NCBI GenBank assembly: GCA_963849945.1
Contig: CAWKJD010000003.1
Location: 162,811-226,810, forward strand
From: an uncultured Bacteroidales bacterium
Lineage (GTDB): Bacteria > Bacteroidota > Bacteroidia > Bacteroidales > VadinHA17
Direction of reading: 5' to 3'
Length of the DNA stretch: 64,000 nucleotides
Part shown: piece by piece, positions 28,453-37,772 of the stretch
Layout: every line of letters starts with the position of its first letter
Position numbering within the stretch: position 1 is the first letter of the stretch
Notes under the pieces: generated by a model
Told to the model about the DNA's origin: nothing
Databases searched by the model: none
Seen by the model: only the letters and a program-made list of their open reading frames with translations
Position numbers and translations under genes: made by a program

Positions 28453-28527
28453 AGCGGGAAACGAGAACTTCGAACTCGCGACCCTCAGCTTGGGAAGCTG
28501 ATGCTCTACCAACTGAGCTATTCCCGC
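28453..28527 (-). tRNA. tRNA-Gly (anticodon CCC), with an atypical 9-nt T-loop
   Basis: Manual cloverleaf: acceptor GCGGGAA/TTCCCGC, D arm GCTC-AGTTGGTA-GAGC, anticodon arm TCAGC-TTCCCAA-GCTGA, T stem GCGAG/CTCGT with loop TTCGAAGTT (9 nt rather than 7). Confidence 0.8.
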
Positions 28528-28536
28528 CTTTTTATA

Positions 28537-28680
28537 AGTCTAAAGTCTGAAAGTCAAAAGTCTGAAGGTCTAAAATCACTACACTCTACTCTCTCCGCTC
28601 ACCCTTCACTGCCAACTTTAGTGCACTTTAGGCACTCCCAACTTTAATGCACTTTAGTCACTCCCAACTCCGAACTTCAC
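28537..28680. repeat. inter-tRNA spacer made of tandem oligomers: AGTCTRAA-type 8-9-mers at 28537-28575 and a 26-bp unit x2.3 at 28613-28680
   Basis: Read directly: AAGTCTAAAGTCTGAAAGTCAAAAGTCTGAAGGTCTAAAA, and CAACTTTAGTGCACTTTAGGCACTCC / CAACTTTAATGCACTTTAGTCACTCC / CAACTCCGAACTTCAC. Confidence 0.9.
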
Positions 28681-28684
28681 CCAG

Positions 28685-28756
28685 AGCCTCCCATGGGAGT
28701 TGGACCCACGACCTGCTCATTACGAGTGAGCTGCTCTACCACTGAGCTAAGGAGGC
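28685..28756 (-). tRNA. tRNA-Thr (anticodon CGT)
   Basis: Manual cloverleaf: acceptor GCCTCCT/GGGAGGC (one G-U), D arm GCTC-AGTGGTA-GAGC, anticodon arm GCTCA-CTCGTAA-TGAGC, T arm GTGGG-TCCAACT-CCCAT (C where U55 is expected). Confidence 0.8.
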
Positions 28757-28766
28757 ATATATACAA

Positions 28767-28851
28767 TAAAAAAAGCAGGGCGCGTAAGAAATAAGTGTGG
28801 AATAATTATGTCTCGCTGCATTTCCTCGTGCTTGAGGGAATAGCGCCCTGC
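28767..28851 (-). terminator. long stem-loop closed by GCAGGGCGC/GCGCCCTGC and followed by T8 (fabG terminator or small structured RNA)
   Basis: Minus strand: GGCAGGGCGC, about 59 nt, GCGCCCTGC, TTTTTTT; ends about 10 nt before the tRNA-Thr 5' end. Confidence 0.45.
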
Positions 28852-28890
28852 CGGTACAAATATAACAAATAATTCAATTCCAAATTAAAA

Positions 28891-29637
28891 TTACATCAGC
28901 ATGCCACCACAGACATGTATCGTCTGACCCGTAACATATGACGAAAGACCGGAGGCGAGAAAAAGCGCCACATTTGCCACATCCTCAGGCAGTCCGCCAC
29001 GACGAAGGGGTATCTTTGATATCCAGTCACTCTTGACATCGTCTGCCAGATTGCTGGTCATCTCCGTGAGGATAAACCCCGGGGCTATGGCATTGCACCT
29101 GACATTGCGTGACCCAAGTTCCTTGGCGGTACTTTTTGTCAGACCGATTATCCCTGCTTTTGATGCTGAATAGTTGGCCTGCCCTGCATTGCCAGATACT
29201 CCCACCACCGAACTCATGTTGATGATTGACCCGCTCCGCTGCTTCATCATCGGCTTGATAACAGCCTTGGTGAGGTTGAAGACGGACTTGAGGTTAACGG
29301 TTATGACCTGATCCCACTGATCCTCTGTCATCCTCATAAGAAGTGTATCACGGGTTATCCCGGCGTTGTTGACGAGGATATCAATAGTGCCGAAGTCTTT
29401 TACGATCTGATCAATAACCTCCTCAGCATCAGCAAATAATGATGCATCAGAGACATAACCCCTGGCCTTCACCCCGAGGAGTTTAATCTCTTTAACTGCA
29501 TCGGCAAACTCTTCATTGTCAATGATATTGGTAAGGGCGATATCGGCTCCCTCAGCTGCAAACCGCATAGCTATGCTTTTGCCTATGCCTCTTGATCCGC
29601 CTGTGATCACCGCTGTTTTTCCTTCAAGAAGTTTCAT
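28891..29637 (-). CDS. fabG: 3-oxoacyl-[acyl-carrier-protein] reductase
   Basis: 248-aa ORF; TGGSRGIG, NNAGI, YSASKAG motifs; classical FabG length. Confidence 0.88.
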   Translation of the reverse strand: MKLLEGKTAVITGGSRGIGKSIAMRFAAEGADIALTNIIDNEEFADAVKEIKLLGVKARGYVSDASLFADAEEVIDQIVKDFGTIDILVNNAGITRDTLLMRMTEDQWDQVITVNLKSVFNLTKAVIKPMMKQRSGSIINMSSVVGVSGNAGQANYSASKAGIIGLTKSTAKELGSRNVRCNAIAPGFILTEMTSNLADDVKSDWISKIPLRRGGLPEDVANVALFLASGLSSYVTGQTIHVCGGMLM

Positions 29638-29667
29638 ATCTTTTTATTTGGGCACAAAGATAAAAAA

Positions 29668-30540
29668 TTATTTATGCAGCACGCGTGCCACTGTGGCACC
29701 TATGTCAGCCGGTGATTCCACCACATATATTCCACACCCGGCCATTATCTTCATCTTGGCCGCAGCTGTGTCATCCTTACCTCCTATGATGGCTCCGGCA
29801 TGGCCCATCCGGCGTCCTTTGGGAGCTGTCTGCCCGGCAATGAACCCTATAACAGGCTTTGTTGCATGATCCCTGACCCAGTACGCCACATCAGTCTCCA
29901 TCACACCGCCTATCTCTCCTATAAGCACAATCGCATCTGTCTCATTATCTTCCATCATCAGCCGGAGGATGTCAAGAGAGGTTGAGCCTATCACCGGGTC
30001 TCCTCCTATTCCTACACAGGTCGATTGCCCGAGACCGAGCTTTGTTAGCTGGTCGACAGCTTCATAGGTAAGGGTGCCGGACCGCGAGATGACGCCCACC
30101 CTGCCCGGTTTATGAATGAAACCCGGCATGATACCTACCTTGGCTTCACCCGGGGTGATGACACCCGGGCAATTAGGACCTATAAGCACAGTGTCAAAAT
30201 CATTTAAAAACCTCTTGACCCTGACCATATCGGCAACAGGTATCCCTTCTGTTATCGTGACAATGAGCCTGATCCCTGCTTCAGCGGCCTCAACTATAGA
30301 ATCAGCGGCATAGGCTGGTGGTACGAAGATAACAGTTGTATCGGCCCCGGTGGCCGGTACCGCCTCCCTGACTGTATTAAATACCGGGAGCCCGAGATGC
30401 GTCTGGCCTCCCTTCCCGGGAGTGACGCCTCCAACGACCTTAGTGCCGTATTCGATCATCTGGGTGGCATGAAATGTGCCTTCACTTCCCGTGAATCCCT
30501 GTACAATAACTTTCGACTTCGAAGTCAGTAATATACTCAT
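29668..30540 (-). CDS. sucD: succinate--CoA ligase subunit alpha
   Basis: 290-aa ORF; [23 protein letters not shown], phospho-His loop GHAGAII. Confidence 0.95.
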   Translation of the reverse strand: MSILLTSKSKVIVQGFTGSEGTFHATQMIEYGTKVVGGVTPGKGGQTHLGLPVFNTVREAVPATGADTTVIFVPPAYAADSIVEAAEAGIRLIVTITEGIPVADMVRVKRFLNDFDTVLIGPNCPGVITPGEAKVGIMPGFIHKPGRVGVISRSGTLTYEAVDQLTKLGLGQSTCVGIGGDPVIGSTSLDILRLMMEDNETDAIVLIGEIGGVMETDVAYWVRDHATKPVIGFIAGQTAPKGRRMGHAGAIIGGKDDTAAAKMKIMAGCGIYVVESPADIGATVARVLHK

Positions 30541-30596
30541 ATCCTGATGCTGTGTATGTACCTTTATTTCAAAAGTAAAGCTTTTTCTTCTTCCTT

Positions 30597-31766
30597 TTGC
30601 TAAATTTACTGATTATAATAGTACCGGTGGATTTCATTGAACCCATATTGTATATAGGCATCTCACAGTCGTTCTTCGCAGGGCTGCTGATAGCCACAAA
30701 ACGCCCATTCACTGTTGCCAACAGGCTTATGACGGCATGGGTCTTTCTCTTTTGCATCGAAATGATATTTGCTCTTATAAAGCACACGGTGCTTGAGATG
30801 TATTCCTTCCCCTTCATTTCCCTCACTTACGGGCCGCTCCTCTTTTTATATGTCAGGCACATGTCGAATCCGTCGCTCAGGTTCTCATTCTGGCATACAT
30901 TGCATTTTATTCCTTTCCTGGTCTTCTTTGCCGTTTCTGTGATCTTTCGGAACAAATCTATTTTAGATGACCTGAACGGCTTTTTTGTAATTGACAGGTT
31001 TACCCCACTGAGGATTGTTTACAGTGTGATTTTTTTCCTTTCGGTGACTGTTTACAGTATCCTGGCATTCGTTCAGATACGCCACCATCAGTCAAGGCTG
31101 CGCGATGTTGTCTCGTTCACCTCAGAGAAAATCACCCTTAACTGGCTGAAGATACTTTCCATAACATTCTATGTCGGTTATTTTGTTGTTTTCATTCTTG
31201 GTGGCATTGACATTATTGGCGGCCTGATACCTTTTGACCCCTATATCCTGACATTCATTTTTATTACCATCTTTTCTTTCGCCTATAGTTTTTATGCAAT
31301 CCGTCAGCCGGAGATTGCCAATTATCCCGCTGTTACTCCCGAAGGTGACGGTGATTACTCTCAGGCTGAAACCGGGAAATATGCCAGGAGCGGCCTGAAA
31401 GATGAGCTGGCTGAAGAGTATTTGACCAGACTGCTGAAATATATGGATGAAGAGAAACCTTATCTTGACGGCGATCTGACAATTCAGGACATTTCAAATA
31501 AGACCGGAATCCCGCGTCATTATATAACCGAGATCCTGAATGCGAAACACGGACGTAATTTTTTCACTTTTATCAATGAGTACCGGGTGAAGGAGGTGAT
31601 AAACCGCATAAACGATCCGAAATGCCAGCACTATACTATCCTGGCTATTGCATTTGACGCCGGTTTCAATTCAAAATCAACGTTTAACACATTCTTTAAG
31701 GCCTACACAGGCAAAACACCCAGCGAATACCGTAGAGGATTGACAAAGCCCCCGGAAAAGGTGTGA
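30597..31766 (+). CDS. membrane-anchored AraC-family transcriptional regulator
   Basis: 389-aa ORF; about 7 N-terminal TM segments then a C-terminal AraC HTH ([29 protein letters not shown]). Confidence 0.8.
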   Translation: MLNLLIIIVPVDFIEPILYIGISQSFFAGLLIATKRPFTVANRLMTAWVFLFCIEMIFALIKHTVLEMYSFPFISLTYGPLLFLYVRHMSNPSLRFSFWHTLHFIPFLVFFAVSVIFRNKSILDDLNGFFVIDRFTPLRIVYSVIFFLSVTVYSILAFVQIRHHQSRLRDVVSFTSEKITLNWLKILSITFYVGYFVVFILGGIDIIGGLIPFDPYILTFIFITIFSFAYSFYAIRQPEIANYPAVTPEGDGDYSQAETGKYARSGLKDELAEEYLTRLLKYMDEEKPYLDGDLTIQDISNKTGIPRHYITEILNAKHGRNFFTFINEYRVKEVINRINDPKCQHYTILAIAFDAGFNSKSTFNTFFKAYTGKTPSEYRRGLTKPPEKV

Positions 31767-31850
31767 ACCGAGCGGCTGAAACCAGTTCTCACCACTGACC
31801 TGGTGCGATCCATGCGGTCAGGGCGAACATCTTGCTTTTCATGATAAAAT

Positions 31851-33215
31851 TTGCACAAAAATCATGTCATGAAAAGAAGACAGCAACTGTTTATTATTTT
31901 ATTCCTTTTCCCAATATCACTTCTTTCGCAGGATAAGATTTTTACTCCCGGAGGATTTATCAGGGGTGGCATTTATTTCAGCACCGGAAACTACGCAAAT
32001 GATGTTAATGCCGCCTTCGGCGATGCAGCCCTCACGCTCACGGCTGCTGATAACCTGAGCTTTAAGGGTTTTGCAGACCTGAGGTTACGCATGGGTCAGC
32101 AGTTCGGCGAAAATGTCAATTCTGTCCTGCTGCGCGAGGCCTGGGCGATGTACTACAACAAGTTCATGGCTATCTCCGCCGGAAAAAAAATCATAAAATG
32201 GGGCAAAACAGATATCTTCACTCCCCTGTCGAAATTCAACCCTGTCGACTATACATTGCGTAGTCCTGATTTTGAAGATGCCGAGCTGGGAAATCTCCTT
32301 GGCGAAATAACATTTACACCCGCTCCGTTCTTTAAGCTCTCAGCCGTGGCGGCACCATTCTGGAACCCGTCGATCCTGATTATTAAACCTGTAACGATAC
32401 CGCCGGCCATGCTGGTGGAATTACCTGAAGGACTGAAGACTGGCAACGGATTTTACTCGTACGGTTTCAGGGGTGATTTCACGTTCAGAAGTTTTGATGC
32501 AGGCTTACAGTATTATCACGGTCCGGAGCTTATGCCGGGACTAACCCTGGTAAGCGCCGATTTCACCAATCCTCTTGAACCGGCTATACATATTAAAGGT
32601 GTCCCGTACATCGTAACCAATACAGGTTTTGACTTTGAGACAGTGATATCACCTGTAGTGTTCAGAGGGACACTGTCTTACAACCATCCGGCAGAAGCAA
32701 AGAAAGGAAACGAAGAAATTCCCTTCCCTCAGGTTGAATGGGTAGCGGGGTTCGACTGGACGCCAGGAGCGTTAAGGGTGACTGCTGAGTATTCGGGAAA
32801 AAAGGTACTTGATTTTTATAAATCCCCTTATGCTCCTCTTTTAGGCACAACCCCCGACATGGAAGAACTTATGGTGCTTTTTAACACACCCGGATTTGAC
32901 CCCATTGAGTATACCCGGCTACAGACTGAGGCGTTTAACAGGCTGTATAACAATCAGATATATGAGTATTACCATGCAGCAGGACTGCGGACGGAAGTTG
33001 AGCTGTTCTATGGAAAGCTGATCCCGTCGGTAACGGCAGTTTACAATTTTACCTCAAAGGATCTGTTACTACGTCCCGCACTTGAGTACAAACCTTCTGA
33101 CGGTGTGACACTGAGCGTGGGTTATGAGCATTATTCGGGCACTAAAGGCGGCTTGTATGATATAATTGATGACTTTATGAAGGCAGCGTTCTTTTCAATC
33201 AGGATAGATTTCTAA
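31851..33215 (+). CDS. putative outer-membrane beta-barrel protein
   Basis: 454-aa ORF; signal peptide, alternating aromatic/Gly-rich strands, C-terminal ...FFSIRIDF (terminal Phe); first gene of a 3-gene cluster with the MMPL exporter. Confidence 0.55.
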   Translation: MHKNHVMKRRQQLFIILFLFPISLLSQDKIFTPGGFIRGGIYFSTGNYANDVNAAFGDAALTLTAADNLSFKGFADLRLRMGQQFGENVNSVLLREAWAMYYNKFMAISAGKKIIKWGKTDIFTPLSKFNPVDYTLRSPDFEDAELGNLLGEITFTPAPFFKLSAVAAPFWNPSILIIKPVTIPPAMLVELPEGLKTGNGFYSYGFRGDFTFRSFDAGLQYYHGPELMPGLTLVSADFTNPLEPAIHIKGVPYIVTNTGFDFETVISPVVFRGTLSYNHPAEAKKGNEEIPFPQVEWVAGFDWTPGALRVTAEYSGKKVLDFYKSPYAPLLGTTPDMEELMVLFNTPGFDPIEYTRLQTEAFNRLYNNQIYEYYHAAGLRTEVELFYGKLIPSVTAVYNFTSKDLLLRPALEYKPSDGVTLSVGYEHYSGTKGGLYDIIDDFMKAAFFSIRIDF

Positions 33216-33218
33216 GCT

Positions 33219-35606
33219 ATGACAGACTTTATTATTAAATACAGGTGGGTTATAATATCTGTTTCATTTGCCCTGGCAATTGGGATGGGTGTTCTTATAC
33301 CTTTATCCAGGACTGACCCTGACATCAGAAATTATATTCCACGGAGTTTGCCATCGAGGGTAACGAATGACTCAATAGAGAAGGAGTTTGGTGTTCAGGA
33401 TATGATCATCGTGCTTTTTACAGACAGCTCTATCCTCACCCCTGTTGACCTCAGAGAGATAAAGAACGTTGATAAAGCTTTTTCAAGGATGAAAGGCATA
33501 GGCACTGTCAACTCACTGTACACAGCCAGGAAGATAAAGAGTGAGGATGGGATGATGGTGGTTGATCCTCTGATCAAAAAGATACCGGAGACACCTGCGG
33601 AAACAGAAACTCTTAAGGAAGACATTCTGGCTAACCGGTTTGCCAGGGGTATAGTGGTATCATCAGACATGACGGCAGCAGCAATAACCGGTACGATAAA
33701 TAATAATGTGCCGGAGTTGGTCACACTGACCAGGGTTGATTCAGTCTTAGCAGCACAGAAGGGAAATGCAGAGATCATGACCGGGGGCCTGCCATACATC
33801 AGAAAGCATATAGTTGAGGATGTGAACCATGATGCCATGGTCCTTATTCCTATAGCTCTGCTGATGATGCTGGTGGTGCTTAAATTATCACTCGGGGACT
33901 GGAGAAGCGTTATTATGCCATTTACTGTCGTGATACTGTCGACGGTGTTCACAATGGGAATGATACCTCTGCTCGGATGGAAGTTCTCCATCATTATGTG
34001 TCTTGCACCCATTATTCTTATTTCGGTGGCAAACAATTATGGAATTTACCTGGTATCCAGGTATCAGGAGCTCAGGGGATCAGATCTTCCGGTTGGCGGA
34101 AAAGAAATGATCAGGTCAGTTACAGGTTCGCTGAATATGCCAATACTGTTCAGCGGTCTGACAACTATAGCAGGGTTGCTTGGCCTGCTGGCGCATTCCA
34201 TTATTCCTGCCAGACAGGTAGGCGTGCTGTCAGCTGCCGGGGTCACCCTGGCCCTGGTAATGAGTCTCTTATTAATACCGGCGTTTATATATCTCCAGCA
34301 CACGCCGCGCAGAAAAAACCGTCAGGTACGCGACCATTCAAACGACCTTATCAGCCGTGTCCTGAGAAAGGTGTCGGCAGTCATTATCAAACGTCCCGGA
34401 AGGGTGCTCCTGATCTCACTCGTAATAACTCTGCTGACAGGTATCGGCTTCGCTTTCCTTAAGATAGATACCAACCAGGAGAATTTCTTTCCCCGGAAGA
34501 GTCCCGTAAGAAAGGCGTCAGAATTGATTAATTCGAAATTCGGCGGTTCTCAAACTATCTCAATCATGATCAGCGGCGACATCAAGGACCCGGTACTTAT
34601 GCAAAAGATAGATGACCTGACTCAACGCCTGAAGGGATCAAAAGGAGTTGGCACCGTATTTTCTATATCCGACTTTGTCCGGGAGATGAGTAAAGCGCTT
34701 TACGAACCAGGCGAGGAGGAATATGACAGGATACCGTCGTCTTCCGGGGCCATCGCACAGATGTTTGAGCTTTACAATATGAGCGGAAATCCGGACGATT
34801 TCAGGCAGCTGATGAATTTTGACAATACAAAGGCTCATATACTGGTCAGGCTTTCAGATACTGATAATAAGGCTGTAAAAGCCCTCGAAAATGATATCAG
34901 GAGCTACACGAAAGATTTCCCGGCCAAAGTAACCACAGGAGGCTATGCAATCATAATGACTGATTTTGCACAACTGATCATCAAAGGGCAGGTTTCGTCC
35001 CTTATTTTTGCCCTTCTTATTGTCTTGATATTGCTGTCAATTAATTTTCGTTCGGTGAAGGGAGGCCTTATCGGATCAATACCGCTGGCGGCTTCTATTA
35101 TTATTCAGTTTGGGGTTATGGGACTGGCGGGCATTCCAATTGACGCTGCCACAGCTCTGCTCTCATCAATCATGATAGGTGTGGGCGTTGATTTCACTAT
35201 ACAGTATATGTGGAGATACAATACCGAGTTCAGAAAAGGAGTCACCCGCCAGGAAGCCACAGCTACAACCCTCAGGACTACAGGGAGAAGCATCGTTATT
35301 AATGCCCTGAGCGTGATGGTAGGCTTCTCGGCAACTTTTTTCTCCGGATTCCTGTCAATAAGATTCTTTGGGTATCTGGTACTGTTGTCAATAGGCTCCT
35401 GCCTTCTTTACGCAATTATCTTCATTCCGGCATTTATGCTATACTTCAAGCCCTCATTTATCGAGGCAAATCTCAACCGTTTAAATAAGAAAAAAGACAA
35501 AAATGAAAAAGATTTTATTCCTATTATCAGCGGTGTCGGTTCTGTCACTGCAGGCTATTCAGGCTCAGCTGCCAGATCCCGTACAGCTGATGGAGAAAAG
35601 TCGTGA
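33219..35606 (+). CDS. MMPL/RND-superfamily exporter (12-TM, two periplasmic loops)
   Basis: 795-aa ORF; two repeats of a 6-TM bundle with large loops, typical of MMPL/HpnN-like transporters; the 3' end overlaps the next gene by 104 nt. Confidence 0.8.
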   Translation: MTDFIIKYRWVIISVSFALAIGMGVLIPLSRTDPDIRNYIPRSLPSRVTNDSIEKEFGVQDMIIVLFTDSSILTPVDLREIKNVDKAFSRMKGIGTVNSLYTARKIKSEDGMMVVDPLIKKIPETPAETETLKEDILANRFARGIVVSSDMTAAAITGTINNNVPELVTLTRVDSVLAAQKGNAEIMTGGLPYIRKHIVEDVNHDAMVLIPIALLMMLVVLKLSLGDWRSVIMPFTVVILSTVFTMGMIPLLGWKFSIIMCLAPIILISVANNYGIYLVSRYQELRGSDLPVGGKEMIRSVTGSLNMPILFSGLTTIAGLLGLLAHSIIPARQVGVLSAAGVTLALVMSLLLIPAFIYLQHTPRRKNRQVRDHSNDLISRVLRKVSAVIIKRPGRVLLISLVITLLTGIGFAFLKIDTNQENFFPRKSPVRKASELINSKFGGSQTISIMISGDIKDPVLMQKIDDLTQRLKGSKGVGTVFSISDFVREMSKALYEPGEEEYDRIPSSSGAIAQMFELYNMSGNPDDFRQLMNFDNTKAHILVRLSDTDNKAVKALENDIRSYTKDFPAKVTTGGYAIIMTDFAQLIIKGQVSSLIFALLIVLILLSINFRSVKGGLIGSIPLAASIIIQFGVMGLAGIPIDAATALLSSIMIGVGVDFTIQYMWRYNTEFRKGVTRQEATATTLRTTGRSIVINALSVMVGFSATFFSGFLSIRFFGYLVLLSIGSCLLYAIIFIPAFMLYFKPSFIEANLNRLNKKKDKNEKDFIPIISGVGSVTAGYSGSAARSRTADGEKS

Positions 35607-36282
35607 CCTGACGATGTCAGGCAATATTCAATCGACGGTGACACTTACGATCACCGAGAAGAACGGCTCAGTGCGGACACGTAAATTAAATATGTACACA
35701 AAATCCTATGATGACGGTACAATAAAGAGAATGGTAAAGTTCCTGGAGCCTGCTGATGTGAGAGGCACTGCAATGCTTATAATAGACAATAAAAATCTGC
35801 AGGATGAAATGTGGATCTACCTCCCGGCTCTTAAAAAGACCAGGAGAATTGTAAGCACGGAAAAAGGAAAAAGCTTCATGAGTTCTGAATTCTCAAATGC
35901 AGATATGTCTTCCGGAAGTAATTCAGACTTCACTATTAAGCACATGCCTGAATCAGGAAATAACGACACCTGGGTTATTGAGAGTGTACCTGTAAACGAT
36001 GACAAGGCTGACGAGTACGGTTTTTCGAAAAAGATAACCTTTCTTGATAAAAAAGACCTGAAAACAAAGAAGATCGACTTTTACAATTTTGATAACGAAC
36101 TGTTCAAGACAATTGAGATAGTGGCCACGCAGCCTATTCCCGGAAAAGAGGGATATATCATGACCGATATGCTGGCTGAAAATCATATTAACGGCAGAAG
36201 CTCGAGGGTCAAATTTGACCAGGTGAATACCTCGGCATCCATACCCGATAATACCTTCGTCCCTGATAACCTGTCCAGGTAG
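35503..36282 (+). CDS. LolA-like outer-membrane lipoprotein-sorting family protein
   Basis: 259-aa ORF; signal peptide MKKILFLLSAVSVLSLQA; resembles LolA-fold proteins commonly paired with MMPL exporters. Confidence 0.65.
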   Translation: MKKILFLLSAVSVLSLQAIQAQLPDPVQLMEKSRDLTMSGNIQSTVTLTITEKNGSVRTRKLNMYTKSYDDGTIKRMVKFLEPADVRGTAMLIIDNKNLQDEMWIYLPALKKTRRIVSTEKGKSFMSSEFSNADMSSGSNSDFTIKHMPESGNNDTWVIESVPVNDDKADEYGFSKKITFLDKKDLKTKKIDFYNFDNELFKTIEIVATQPIPGKEGYIMTDMLAENHINGRSSRVKFDQVNTSASIPDNTFVPDNLSR

Positions 36283-36290
36283 ATTTCTAT

Positions 36291-36298
36291 TACCTTTG
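36291..36298 (+). promoter_or_regulatory. candidate -7 promoter box (TACCTTTG) for mnmE
   Basis: Exact TAnnTTTG match 14 nt upstream of the mnmE ATG. Confidence 0.35.
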
Positions 36299-36311
36299 CA
36301 CCATAGAAATT

Positions 36312-37721
36312 ATGGTACAAAAGGAGACAACTATATGCGCACCGGCCACTTCGGGAGGTGGTGCGATAGCCCTGATAAGGGTTTCAGGGCCTGAGGCGAT
36401 ACGGATCGTCTCTCACATATTTAAACCGTCAGATAATCAAGTAGATATACTTAATGCGAAGGGGTACACATTAATTTTCGGCACCATATCTTCGCAGGAT
36501 GAATTCATAGACGAGGTCCTGGTTTCGCTCTTTCGCGCTCCCCTCTCTTACACAGGAGAAGATATGACAGAAATAAGCTGTCATGCTTCGCCGTTCATAC
36601 AGCAGCGTATCATTGAAATTCTCCTTGAGCAGGGTGCAGAAACTGCTTCCCCCGGCGAGTTCACCCGGAGGGCTTTTATGAACGGCAAAATGGATCTCTC
36701 CCAGGCCGAAGCGGTCGCAGATATTATCGCTTCTGACTCAGAGGCGGCACACCGGCTTGCTGCCACTCAGCTGCGCGGAGGTTTCTCAGCTGAGATAGAG
36801 AAGCTGAGGCAAGACCTTCTTTCATTTGCATCCCTGATTGAGCTTGAGCTGGATTTCAGCGAGGAGGATGTGATGTTCGCTGACCGTTTCGCCATGATTG
36901 AGACTATTATAAAGATTAAAAGCCTGGTTGACAGGCTTGCATCTTCTTTTCGTCTCGGGAACGCCATAAAAAAGGGAATTCCGGTGGTCATTGCCGGCAG
37001 ACCGAATGTTGGAAAATCTTCCTTACTGAATGTTCTTTTACAGGAGGAGCGGGCCATTGTCTCGGAGATTCCCGGCACAACACGTGACACAATTGAAGAG
37101 GTTGTGCACATCGACGGGCTTCTATTCAGGTTCATTGATACAGCTGGATTACGTGAGGCAGAAGTTAAGGATGAGGTTGAGGTTAAGGGCATTGAACGGA
37201 CAAAGTTGAAGGTTGAAAACGCTGATGTCATACTGGCAGTTGCCGAAGCAACAGACAGTGCTGTCGAAACAGCCGCTTTCGCTGCCTCGATGGCAGAGAT
37301 GACCGTCAATGCCGGTACAAAAATCATTCTGGTAATCAACAAGTCCGATCTTGTGTCTCAGGGACATACCAGCAAATTGAAAAAGGAGCTCAAGTCGCTT
37401 TGCGATATACCGCTTGTTTTTGTCTCTGCAACGAAGTCTTCCGGAATTGAGGAGCTTAAGAAGCTACTGACCGGTTCAGTGGAAACAGGGAACCTGAAAA
37501 CACCGCAATATATAGTTACCAATGCCAGGCATTGGGAGGCATTGAAGAATGTCTCGGAGAGTCTCACAAGAGCTCTCGATGGCTTCCGTGACGGCATACC
37601 CACGGAGCTGATTGCAACAGATATACGGCAGGCAATTTATTATCTGGGTCTCATAACAGGCAGAATCACACCTGATGACATACTGGGTGAGATCTTCTCA
37701 AAATTCTGTATCGGGAAGTAA
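36312..37721 (+). CDS. mnmE: tRNA modification GTPase MnmE (TrmE)
   Basis: 469-aa ORF; N-terminal ICAPATSGGGAIALIRVSG, G domain GRPNVGKSS / DTAGLR / NKSD, C-terminal FCIGK. Confidence 0.95.
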   Translation: MVQKETTICAPATSGGGAIALIRVSGPEAIRIVSHIFKPSDNQVDILNAKGYTLIFGTISSQDEFIDEVLVSLFRAPLSYTGEDMTEISCHASPFIQQRIIEILLEQGAETASPGEFTRRAFMNGKMDLSQAEAVADIIASDSEAAHRLAATQLRGGFSAEIEKLRQDLLSFASLIELELDFSEEDVMFADRFAMIETIIKIKSLVDRLASSFRLGNAIKKGIPVVIAGRPNVGKSSLLNVLLQEERAIVSEIPGTTRDTIEEVVHIDGLLFRFIDTAGLREAEVKDEVEVKGIERTKLKVENADVILAVAEATDSAVETAAFAASMAEMTVNAGTKIILVINKSDLVSQGHTSKLKKELKSLCDIPLVFVSATKSSGIEELKKLLTGSVETGNLKTPQYIVTNARHWEALKNVSESLTRALDGFRDGIPTELIATDIRQAIYYLGLITGRITPDDILGEIFSKFCIGK

Positions 37722-37772
37722 AGGAAATAAAATTTACCTGGCCTTCGAGGTTAAATAAATCCGAATGCACCT

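Larger units (their letters stand above)
26326..28466. mobile_element. decayed tRNA-Gly-associated genomic islet (about 2.1 kb) bounded by 18-nt direct repeats
   Basis: TTTGAGCGGGAAACGAGA occurs at 26326-26343 and at 28449-28466. The second copy covers the last 14 nt of tRNA-Gly plus 4 nt of flank. The interior looks AT-richer than the flanks by eye and holds gene fragments; no integrase is present. Confidence 0.6.

Noticed and set aside
28411-28647. 78-aa ORF from the track
   Set aside because: It runs straight through the tRNA-Gly gene (opposite strand) and the oligomer-repeat spacer, so it is not credible as coding.
30569-30826. 85-aa minus-strand ORF between sucD and the AraC regulator
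   Set aside because: It overlaps the N-terminal membrane domain of the AraC-family gene on the other strand and has no supporting features.
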